From positions 19,937 to 83,936 of the forward strand of contig CAZAEH010000003.1 of the NCBI GenBank assembly GCA_964484255.1: 64,000 nucleotides of DNA. Direction: 5' to 3'. The position numbers and the translations under genes are program-made. Numbering within the stretch: position 1 is the stretch's first letter; the number at the start of each line of letters is the position of its first letter. Of the stretch, positions 20,208-28,498 are shown piece after piece. The notes under the pieces were generated by a model. It was given only the letters and a program-made list of their open reading frames with translations. It had not been told where the DNA came from and did no database searches. This DNA comes from an uncultured Planctomycetia bacterium. Lineage in GTDB: Bacteria; Omnitrophota; Gorgyraeia; Pluralincolimonadales; Pluralincolimonadaceae.

Positions 20208-21449
20208 ATGGCAGACAAACCAAAAGATTGTTCCATACAGATAATAGCCGGCAATTGTACCGGCTGCACCATGTGCGTCAAGACCTGCCCGTTCGGCGCT
20301 ATATCAATGGTCGACTCGGCCGAGGCGAAGAAGGGCAAGCTTGCGGTGATAGATTATATGAAGTGTACTCTTTGCGGAGCCTGTGTGGAATCGTGTAAAT
20401 TCAAGGCCATAGAGATGACCGTGTGCAAGGTCGCACCGAAGGTCGCCCTCGGCGATTACAAGGGAGTATGGGTGTTTGCGGAGCAGAAGAAGGGTAAGGT
20501 TCAGAGTGTGGTATATGAATTACTCGGGAAGGGCAGGGAGCTTGCCGACGACCTGGGTACGGAACTCGCTGCTGTTCTTATTGGAGACGGTATCGAAGGA
20601 CAAGCGGATGAACTCTTTTGGCGTGGTGCGGATAAAGTATACCTTGTTGAAAGTGCTGGGCTCAAAAGTTATCAGGATGAGCCTTATACGAATATAATCG
20701 TGGAGCTGGTCAAAGAGTTCAAACCGGAGGTCCTTCTTTACGGGGCGACATCGATCGGCAGGTCGCTGGCTTCGCGCATAGCGGTGAAACTTTATACCGG
20801 TCTGACCGCAGATTGTACGGGGCTTGATATCGATAAAGAGAAGAAAGTACTGCTTCAGACCCGTCCGGCGTTCGGCGGTAATATAATGGCTACGATCCTT
20901 TGCGAGAACTATCGTCCCCAGATGGCGACGGTCCGCCATAAAGTATTCAAGGAAGCGCAGGTCGATAAGTCCAGGAAAGGGCAAGTAGTAAAAAAGTCCT
21001 ATCCCGACAACCTTTTGGCTTCCCGTACCAGGATATCCGACGTAGTTGAGGAGGTCTCCTCAACAGTGAATCTTACTGAAGCGGACATCATAGTCTCGGG
21101 CGGCAGGGGATTGGGCAAGGCCGATGGGTTCAAGGTCATCGAGGAACTGGCCAAGGTCCTGGGAGGCGCAGTGGGTGCTTCCAGGTCCGCGGTTGACGCG
21201 GAGTGGATACCGTATTCTCATCAGGTAGGTCAGACGGGAAAGACCGTTTGCCCGAAGATATATATAGCCTGCGGTATATCCGGCCAGATACAGCACCTGG
21301 CAGGCATGTCCTCGTCCGAGATAATAATCGCGATAAACAAGGATCCCCAGGCGCCTATATTCTCGGTAGCCACGTATGGGATAGTCGGGGACCTTTATGA
21401 AGTAGTTCCGGCCATGACCCAGAAGTTCAGGGAGATACTTAAGAAATAA
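20208..21449 (+). CDS. etfA: electron transfer flavoprotein alpha subunit with N-terminal 2x[4Fe-4S] ferredoxin domain
   Basis: N-terminus has two CxxCxxCxxxCP clusters (CTGCTMCVKTCPFGAI; CTLCGACVESCKFKAI). These are followed by an EtfA FAD-binding domain (…SGQIQHLAGMSSSEIIIAINKDPQAPIF). Confidence 0.8.
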   Translation: MADKPKDCSIQIIAGNCTGCTMCVKTCPFGAISMVDSAEAKKGKLAVIDYMKCTLCGACVESCKFKAIEMTVCKVAPKVALGDYKGVWVFAEQKKGKVQSVVYELLGKGRELADDLGTELAAVLIGDGIEGQADELFWRGADKVYLVESAGLKSYQDEPYTNIIVELVKEFKPEVLLYGATSIGRSLASRIAVKLYTGLTADCTGLDIDKEKKVLLQTRPAFGGNIMATILCENYRPQMATVRHKVFKEAQVDKSRKGQVVKKSYPDNLLASRTRISDVVEEVSSTVNLTEADIIVSGGRGLGKADGFKVIEELAKVLGGAVGASRSAVDAEWIPYSHQVGQTGKTVCPKIYIACGISGQIQHLAGMSSSEIIIAINKDPQAPIFSVATYGIVGDLYEVVPAMTQKFREILKK

Positions 21450-21476
21450 TTTCTCCTTTAAAAGAGGGGGATCGCT

Positions 21477-23054
21477 TTGGCAGAAGTCCCGCTTACCAGT
21501 ACAAGAGAGAAGATCCCTTTTACTTCCAGCATTAATTTCAGGTTTATCCTGATATTCATACTGCTTGTGACATTCACCACTTTCCTTAGCGGGATGATCC
21601 TTATCTACCAGGGACAGAGTTCCCTTGAAGATGCCGTCCTCAAGAGGAACCTCACCGCGTGCGAGAACGTACGCAGCAAGATAGATAACTTCCTTCAGCA
21701 GGCCAAGTCTTCGGTCGAGCTCATGACCCTAATGCCCAGCATAAAGGATTTTGACCTCTTCCAAATAGACAAGATGATGTACGAGATCATCTCGGAACAT
21801 GAGATGCTGGATCCCGTGGCCGTACTTAACGAACAGGGCATAGAGATAGCTTCGCGAAACCCGGGTGACCAGAACAAAGACATGTCCTTAAGTGATATCT
21901 TCCTGAAATCCAAGAAGAAGAGCTATATATCGGATATATATTTTTCTTCAGACGGCCAACCTTTTGTGACTATAGCTTCCCCCATATTCGATTATGACAG
22001 TTACGGCAGGAGGATAGGCGTCCTTGTGACTGCGGTCAAGCTGCGCAGCCTTTGGCCTATGCTGGACCAGACCAAGATAGGCGAGAGGGGAATGATAATC
22101 GTGACAGACAAAAAGGGCAACCTTATATACAAAACAGGGGATACGGATACCGGTAACCTGTATAATGACAATACGGTGAAACTTGCCCTTGAGGGTAAGG
22201 CCGGAAGCGCTAATATAGGCGACATGCTGGTATCATACCTTCCGTTGTCAGGGAATATCAAAGGCGCTGTCGTAGTAAAGCAGCCTGCCCAGGAAGCGCT
22301 TTACGGCGTGGCGAAGATGAGGAGCCAATCCCTAATCCTGCTTATCTTGAGCATAATGGTGGCCATCGCAATAGGGCTGGTGCTTTCGAACAGCATGCTC
22401 GTATCGGTCAGGAAGCTGCTTATAGGTACCAAGATAGTCGGCGAAGGCGACCTTAACCACAAGATAGACATAAAGACCGATGACGAGATAGGCGAGCTTG
22501 CCAGGTCGTTCAACATGATGACCATTGAATTGAAGAAACAGAGGGAGAGGGCCATAACGGATGAGTTGACCCACCTTTATACGCATTCCTACTTCCTGGA
22601 GACATTGAAAGCTGAAGTGTACAGGGCGAAGAGATATAGGACCAGGTTGTCGCTTATGATGCTCGATATCGACCATTTCAAGTCATTCAACGATAATTAC
22701 GGCCACCAGGTAGGCGATGAGGTCCTGATCAAGATCTCGGATATGCTCAAGGCCAGTCTTAGGGAGTCTGACGTTGCTTCAAGGTACGGCGGCGAAGAGC
22801 TTGTAGTGCTTGCTACAGAGACGGACAGGGAAGGCATATACATATTGGCCGAGAGGATACGCAAGAAGATAGCCGAGGACGTTATAGTCGAATATGAGGA
22901 CAAAAAATTGAAAGTTACCGTCAGTATCGGGGTGACAACGCTTTCGGAGGAAGATATAAAGAAAGATATATTCCCCCATGATTTCCTGAAGCGGGTGGAC
23001 GTTGCCCTCTATCAAGCTAAGGACAAAGGAAGAAATTGCGTCGTCCAGATCTGA
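21477..23054 (+). CDS. membrane sensor diguanylate cyclase (periplasmic sensor domain-HAMP-GGDEF)
   Basis: TTG start after an AGAGGGGG RBS. Two TM segments flank a periplasmic domain of about 250 aa. HAMP region (IGELARSFNMMTIELKK). GGDEF domain with RYGGEEL in place of GG[DE]EF. Confidence 0.75.
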   Translation: MAEVPLTSTREKIPFTSSINFRFILIFILLVTFTTFLSGMILIYQGQSSLEDAVLKRNLTACENVRSKIDNFLQQAKSSVELMTLMPSIKDFDLFQIDKMMYEIISEHEMLDPVAVLNEQGIEIASRNPGDQNKDMSLSDIFLKSKKKSYISDIYFSSDGQPFVTIASPIFDYDSYGRRIGVLVTAVKLRSLWPMLDQTKIGERGMIIVTDKKGNLIYKTGDTDTGNLYNDNTVKLALEGKAGSANIGDMLVSYLPLSGNIKGAVVVKQPAQEALYGVAKMRSQSLILLILSIMVAIAIGLVLSNSMLVSVRKLLIGTKIVGEGDLNHKIDIKTDDEIGELARSFNMMTIELKKQRERAITDELTHLYTHSYFLETLKAEVYRAKRYRTRLSLMMLDIDHFKSFNDNYGHQVGDEVLIKISDMLKASLRESDVASRYGGEELVVLATETDREGIYILAERIRKKIAEDVIVEYEDKKLKVTVSIGVTTLSEEDIKKDIFPHDFLKRVDVALYQAKDKGRNCVVQI

Positions 23055-24328
23055 CCCGGTCTTTCCTGTCGATCGTTTTCATTACGGTTGCCCTATCCGC
23101 GGATTTTCCAGTTCCCGCCGATGTCATCATACGCGATAAAGTCCTGAAAAAAGCCGAGACTATACAGGGTATCGATTTCCCCAAGGGAACGCTTGTTTAT
23201 TTTACGGAAGCCGGAAGATTGCAGTACGCCTACCTTGGCTCAGACCAGCAGGTATCGGGTATTTTTTTTAAAAAGGGTACCTCGGTATATTTCAACGAAG
23301 CGGGAAAGCTCGATTACGCCTACCTTGGCGCAGACCAGCAGGTCTATGGGATACCATTTGCCAAGGGCACCTCATTGTATTTCAACAGGGCCGGAAAGCT
23401 TTTACATGCCGTCTTTGCTGCCGATGAAGAGGTCCAAGGGATATATTGCGCGAAAGGCACAAAAGCCGGTTTTTATGATTCCGGGAAATTGCAATATGCC
23501 ACATTGGCCAAAGACCAGGATATTCAGGGTATCGTTTGCGCCAAAGGTTTTCCCGCCGGTTTTTATGAATCCGGAAGACTGCAGTATGTTACGATCCCCG
23601 CAGATGTCGATATGGGCGGAGTAAAATTCAGGCAGGGGACTTACTTCGTCTTTTATGAATCCGGCAGTATAAAGAACGCGTATCTGGTTTCGCCTACCGA
23701 GGTGATGGGTATCACCTGCGCCAGCGGCCCAAGTGTTAGTTTTTACGAGAACGGGAAAGTAGATTGGGCGGTTCTCAATGAGATCAGCAAGGTACAAGGT
23801 ATCATGTGCGCCAAAGGTTCCACCATAGGTTTTTACCAGTCGGGGAAATTGCAATATGCCACATTGGCGGATGACCAGAACATAAACGGCGTATATTGTG
23901 CTAAGGGCAGTAAAGCCGGTTTTTATCTTTCGGGGAAATTGCAATTCGGAACACTTGTAACCAAGCAAAAAATAAACGGTATTCCCTGCGCTAAGTGCAC
24001 GGTCGCAGGACTTTACGAATCCGGGAAACTGCAATATGCGACACTAGGCGAAGAAAACGAGATAAGCGGCATACCTTGTGCGGCGAACACAAAAGTTGAT
24101 CTTTATGAATCAGGCAGCCTGCAATACGCTTCCCTGGCCAAAGACCACAAGATAGGAGAGACCTTTTTCATGAGGGACACCATAGTTGGCCTTGGAGAAT
24201 CCGGGAAATTACGCTATGTGATCTTGGGCCGCGACCAAGACGTGCAGGGGCACTTTTACCCGAAAGGTTCAAAGATAAGTTTCGACGAGAATGGTAAGCT
24301 CAGGGAAACCGAAAAACCCGCAGAATAA
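23036..24328 (+). CDS. secreted tandem-repeat protein (about 13 copies of a 30-aa unit)
   Basis: TTG start. Signal-peptide-like N-terminus (LTRSFLSIVFITVALSADFP). The body is a 30-residue period, consensus roughly KG(T/S)xxGFYESGKLQYATLAxDQxIxGIxCA. Near-identical 90-bp DNA repeats are visible, e.g. ggaaattgcaatatgccacattggc occurs at 23476-23500 and 23840-23864. Confidence 0.6.
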   Translation: MRRPDLTRSFLSIVFITVALSADFPVPADVIIRDKVLKKAETIQGIDFPKGTLVYFTEAGRLQYAYLGSDQQVSGIFFKKGTSVYFNEAGKLDYAYLGADQQVYGIPFAKGTSLYFNRAGKLLHAVFAADEEVQGIYCAKGTKAGFYDSGKLQYATLAKDQDIQGIVCAKGFPAGFYESGRLQYVTIPADVDMGGVKFRQGTYFVFYESGSIKNAYLVSPTEVMGITCASGPSVSFYENGKVDWAVLNEISKVQGIMCAKGSTIGFYQSGKLQYATLADDQNINGVYCAKGSKAGFYLSGKLQFGTLVTKQKINGIPCAKCTVAGLYESGKLQYATLGEENEISGIPCAANTKVDLYESGSLQYASLAKDHKIGETFFMRDTIVGLGESGKLRYVILGRDQDVQGHFYPKGSKISFDENGKLRETEKPAE

Positions 24329-24367
24329 GAACTCCTATCCGCAAGCCTTCCTGTAACAATAAAATCC

Positions 24368-24396
24368 TTGACGAGCCTTGATACGTGTAATACAAT
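24368..24396 (+). promoter_or_regulatory. sigma70-type promoter TTGACG-17-TACAAT
   Basis: -35 TTGACG at 24368-24373, 17-nt spacer, -10 TACAAT at 24391-24396. Located 33 nt upstream of the ATG at 24429 (RBS GGAAGGAGAGG at 24413-24423). Confidence 0.45.
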
Positions 24397-24428
24397 TATA
24401 TACGAAATATGAGGGAAGGAGAGGCTAA

Positions 24429-24623
24429 ATGGATACAAATACGAAATATATAACAATGGATGAGGTCTCGAGATATCTAAGCCTCAGCGAGGGAAGTATC
24501 CGTAAGCTTATTAAAGAACAGAGTTTCCCGCATGTTAAAGTTTTGAGGAAATACCTGTTCAATAAGCTGGATATAGATGAGTGGCTTAAGATGCATTCTC
24601 AGGGCCTTAAGGCAAAAAAATAG
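24429..24623 (+). CDS. excisionase/MerR-superfamily helix-turn-helix DNA-binding protein
   Basis: 64 aa, …ITMDEVSRYLSLSEGSIRKLIKEQSFPHVKVLRKYLFNKLDIDEWL…. This matches the 'helix_turn_helix, excisionase family' pattern (LTxxEvAeyLxvSxxTiyrLikeGxxPxxKiGrrwrfxxxelxeWl). Confidence 0.6.
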   Translation: MDTNTKYITMDEVSRYLSLSEGSIRKLIKEQSFPHVKVLRKYLFNKLDIDEWLKMHSQGLKAKK

Positions 24624-24649
24624 CATTACCTTAACTTTTTAAAGGGGTT

Positions 24650-27600
24650 ATGCTGAGCCGAAGCTTAATCAAGATTATAACAGTAATATTTACCGCGTCG
24701 ACGGTATTGGTAGTGTTCGTATCCTGTCCGGGCGGTGCGGAAGAATCTTCTCCTGTCGAAGAATTACAGGCGGGAATAGATTGCAGTAATCTCTCGCTTG
24801 AGTCAGCCCTGAACAAGCTTTATGAAGTTGACAGGGATATCCAGATAGCCAAACTTGCCTCCGATGCCGCCGTGCTTGAAATAAAGGCAAGGAAATTGGA
24901 TACTTTCCTTCCCAAGATCAGCATAGCGGGAAGCGTGATAAAACCATTCGACCTCTTCAGCGATCTTGACCAACAGACAGATCTTTTCTCGGAACAGCAA
25001 TTGGTTATAGAGATGTCTATTACTTCCGACAGCCTTAATTATATCTCCAAAGACAGGAAGAACTATGAGGCGAGCCTGCTTGAGATCAAACAGGCCGTAA
25101 CGGAAAGGACAAGGAAACTTATATCTGTATATTATGCGGTTGCTTCAGCTCAGGAAAATTACCGCATGAGCTGTGATAATGTAGAAACTGTTGAAAAAGT
25201 AATAGAGCTTATAAAGGGGAGCCCCGAATACACCGAAACAGAGAAACTTGAATTAAAGAATTATCTGGGCATAGTCAATGAAAGAAAAATAGGGGCGTTG
25301 AATACCCTTATAAATACAAGACGGGACCTCAGGGGATTATTGGGATTGGAGGATAACGATGACCTGGAGATCGTTGTCCAGGAACTTCCCGGCAATGTGA
25401 ACAAGGATCCGGCCTTCGCCGAAAAAGCGGAGATAAGGCCCACTGACTATACGCTTGATATAGTCAAGAAGAGGAGCGAGGAAGCTTCCGTATCGGCCCA
25501 TATAGGCACCAGTCCCCGCCTGAAGCTTGCCTCAACTACTATACTCGGGCTGGCGGAAGGTAAAGGTACCAGGTTTGAAAGGAAAGTTATAACCGACACC
25601 CAGCTGGAGTTATTCGTTACTGATTTCGGCCATTCGGAAGGCTTGAACCGCACGAAAAGTTTGGAATCACAGATAGCCAGGCTTGAGGTGTTAAAGGCTT
25701 CGGAGGACCTTGAGTGTGATGATCTTATGGGAAACGCGAAAATCTCCGACCTCAGCAAGAAGATAGATAATTACAGGGAGTATATAGCGAAAACAGAAGA
25801 TACACTCAGGATGCTTAAGGAGAAACTCTCGCTCCCGGTCATCGAAGTAATAAGGATTAGCGATAACCTTTACAAGGCCAAGTATGCATTACAGCAGGCG
25901 TTGAGCGATTATACGGTAACCTTGTCGAAGCTAAAAGGTGTCGAGATTAAGCCGGAAAATATGAGCCCGGCTTACCAGGACATGGATCTCGGGGACCTGA
26001 TATCAAGAGGAGAAAGAGCGGATCTTCTTACGGCGAGACAGATAGCCGAGAAGAGGATAAAGGTAGAGAAGGTGCGTATAGGTGCAGAGAGGGCCGGTTA
26101 TCTTCCCAAGCTTTACGGAGCGGCAGTACTTGAGAACGTGAACATAAACGGCACGCCGTCCAAGAATACCAGGGCTTTCCTTGCCTTGGAAGGCCGCATA
26201 CTTAACAACAAGGTCGGGGCAGCGGTAAAAGCCGCCAAGGCCGGGCTCAAGGAAGCCGAATACGAAGGCAGGGCGCTCCAGAACGCTGTTGCAGATGAGA
26301 TAATAAAGAATTATCTTCTTGTCCTGCGTTTCACCAACACACTTAAGAGACTCAACGAGATAAAAGAGCTTAAGAGCGGTCTTATAAACGATATGCTTGA
26401 GGACATGAGAAGCAAGAACACTAAATACACAAATTCCGACATACTTCCCCTCGTCCTACAGCAACTGGAAGTGGACAGGGAGATCTCGAATGTCGAATTT
26501 TCCTTGGCAGTGGTCGAATACAACCTCAAGAGATGGACAGGGATACCGCTTAACGAAACTATAACGGTGAAAGACCTGCCCTTGTTCGGCAGCGAAGAAG
26601 GGTTGTCTGATTTTAAAATGATGCTTAAAGGGAAGGTGGCGCCTTATTACGACGGGATGGCTTCCGTAAAACAGGCGCTTAGTTCTGTTGAAAGAAAGAG
26701 GGCCGGTGAGACCAGGGCCTTAGCCTATGAAGGGGCCATATGGCAGGTCAGGTATGAGACCAAGGGTTCCGATTATGACGGCTGGGAAGACCCTGATAAA
26801 CAGCTTTCATTTAGTGTCTCGATCCCATGGGGAGATCATGCCGAGAAGGTTGCCAGGTCCGAAGCCGCCAGGGACCGTATAAGATCTGAGATAGAATACG
26901 CGAAGAGCATGGATTCGTACGAGAAGGAAAGGTTCGCCGTGAAGACCGCCTACGATGCCTCAAATGACCTGCTCGGGGATCTTCGAAATAAAATGGAAAA
27001 TGCCGGTTCCCAGTTCAGGATAACGGATGAACTTTTCAGGTTCGGGGGAAGGACCAAGCGCCAATGGGCGGATGCCCGCCTTGATTATGTAGTTTCTCAG
27101 CTTACCTATGAAGAGGCGATCTTCGATAATTACTATGCCAGCGCCAGGGAGATACTTTTTGTAGAAAAAGATTCCAGACCGGAGGGCGGGGAAAAGATAC
27201 TTTTGTCGGGCCTCCAGGAGGCGCTGGATCTTGCTTTGCGCAACAGCCGTGAGATCAAAAAATACGAAGATGCCCTTGCGCTCGAGGAAGAGTCCCTTAA
27301 CTATTATAAGATGATAAGGGTGAACGGTTCGGTAAGCAAAGGTTATTATGTAATGGACAACAAGGGTTCTCAGAAACGAAAGACAGTCCAGACGACTGGA
27401 GGGGTTATTTCGGCGGAAGTGGACCTTGTGAACAATCTTATGGTCAGGAAACAGGAATTAAGGGTAGAGTTGGCCAGGAAAGACCTCGAACAGGCCAAGT
27501 TCGATCTTAACATAAGGGTGGTCGATTCATACTGCAATTACCTGGCCTCGCTTGCGGAGTACTCCCAGGTAGGCGGTGAGTACGAAAAACAGAAAGCTGT

Positions 27601-28498
27601 GCTCGCAGGGATCGAGGAGCTTTACACGGCGGGGGCGGTAGCCCACGTAGATTACCTCAAGCAAAAGGAATTTGTAGAAAGCCTCCTGCAAAAAACAATC
27701 GATGTCCGGAAATATTGCGAGGGTTACAGGAGCAATCTCGGTATAGTGGTTGGAGGGCTTGACCCCAGGTTCTCCGTAATGAATATCGAAGTATATGACG
27801 AATCATCCAAGAAGGTTATGTTGGCCGATAACTGTGATATAAAAGAAAGGCTTACCGCCGAACTCGGGTCGGCGAAGAAGGAGCTGGAAGTGCCGTTGCG
27901 CGCGGACCTGCTGAAACGGACCGAATGCAATATAGGAATGGCCAGGCTCGATACCGAGGCCATATCAAAGCAGATCAAGTCCCTGACATTCAATCTCGAG
28001 TATACTTATCTTACCGACTTTATGGGGGCGGTAACAAGGAATGAGGCCATATTCTCACGCTATAATTCCCTCTCGGAGTTCATATCCCTTAATTCCATGG
28101 ATAAGATATTCGATCCTGCCACGGCCACCAAGGCGAGGGTAGCTGCGTTAAAGGAAAAGATAACGGCCCTCAAGTCGAAATCGTACATGTCTGAGGTGCT
28201 CCAGAATGCCCTCAGGATCTTCACCGATTATAAGATGGCCGTTTTGGACTATGAGAATTTTGAAAAGAACGTATCCGTGCTCGAGGAGCGGATGAGCGAG
28301 CTCATGCGCGCTGAAGAGGCGACCGGGGACATGCCTGTCGTAAGGATCAGGGAGATAAAAGAGACCCTGCTGAACAATAAAATAAAGGATATACAGGCTT
28401 ATTACCATATGGTCAGTCTTATGAACGAGCTTGACCGGTACCTTATGAGGTATACAGCCAAGGGCATCGATTCATATATAACTTACGTGTCAAAATGA
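24650..28498 (+). CDS. giant outer-membrane-factor (TolC/NodT)-like lipoprotein, 1282 aa
   Basis: Lipoprotein signal with lipobox (…LVVFVSC). Repeated OEP-like segments (LSLESALNKLYEVDRDIQIAKLASDAAVLEIKARKLDTFLPKISIAGSV; DLLTARQIAEKRIKVEKVRIGAERAGYLPKLYGAAVL; LSGLQEALDLALRNSREIKKYEDALALEEESLNYYKM…) lie within extensive predicted coiled coil. It is about three times the length of TolC. AAAGGGG RBS; stop overlaps the next start (ATGA). Confidence 0.45.
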   Translation: MLSRSLIKIITVIFTASTVLVVFVSCPGGAEESSPVEELQAGIDCSNLSLESALNKLYEVDRDIQIAKLASDAAVLEIKARKLDTFLPKISIAGSVIKPFDLFSDLDQQTDLFSEQQLVIEMSITSDSLNYISKDRKNYEASLLEIKQAVTERTRKLISVYYAVASAQENYRMSCDNVETVEKVIELIKGSPEYTETEKLELKNYLGIVNERKIGALNTLINTRRDLRGLLGLEDNDDLEIVVQELPGNVNKDPAFAEKAEIRPTDYTLDIVKKRSEEASVSAHIGTSPRLKLASTTILGLAEGKGTRFERKVITDTQLELFVTDFGHSEGLNRTKSLESQIARLEVLKASEDLECDDLMGNAKISDLSKKIDNYREYIAKTEDTLRMLKEKLSLPVIEVIRISDNLYKAKYALQQALSDYTVTLSKLKGVEIKPENMSPAYQDMDLGDLISRGERADLLTARQIAEKRIKVEKVRIGAERAGYLPKLYGAAVLENVNINGTPSKNTRAFLALEGRILNNKVGAAVKAAKAGLKEAEYEGRALQNAVADEIIKNYLLVLRFTNTLKRLNEIKELKSGLINDMLEDMRSKNTKYTNSDILPLVLQQLEVDREISNVEFSLAVVEYNLKRWTGIPLNETITVKDLPLFGSEEGLSDFKMMLKGKVAPYYDGMASVKQALSSVERKRAGETRALAYEGAIWQVRYETKGSDYDGWEDPDKQLSFSVSIPWGDHAEKVARSEAARDRIRSEIEYAKSMDSYEKERFAVKTAYDASNDLLGDLRNKMENAGSQFRITDELFRFGGRTKRQWADARLDYVVSQLTYEEAIFDNYYASAREILFVEKDSRPEGGEKILLSGLQEALDLALRNSREIKKYEDALALEEESLNYYKMIRVNGSVSKGYYVMDNKGSQKRKTVQTTGGVISAEVDLVNNLMVRKQELRVELARKDLEQAKFDLNIRVVDSYCNYLASLAEYSQVGGEYEKQKAVLAGIEELYTAGAVAHVDYLKQKEFVESLLQKTIDVRKYCEGYRSNLGIVVGGLDPRFSVMNIEVYDESSKKVMLADNCDIKERLTAELGSAKKELEVPLRADLLKRTECNIGMARLDTEAISKQIKSLTFNLEYTYLTDFMGAVTRNEAIFSRYNSLSEFISLNSMDKIFDPATATKARVAALKEKITALKSKSYMSEVLQNALRIFTDYKMAVLDYENFEKNVSVLEERMSELMRAEEATGDMPVVRIREIKETLLNNKIKDIQAYYHMVSLMNELDRYLMRYTAKGIDSYITYVSK

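Noticed and set aside
23100-24300. Periodic DNA repeats considered as a possible CRISPR array
   Set aside because: The period is 90 bp with no unique spacers. The repeats are in frame within a continuous ORF and encode a 30-aa protein repeat. There are no cas genes.
24429-24623. Excisionase-family gene as marker of a prophage or integrative element
   Set aside because: There is no integrase, recombinase, att-like direct repeats, phage structural genes or tRNA junction anywhere nearby. It is interpreted as a local transcriptional regulator instead.
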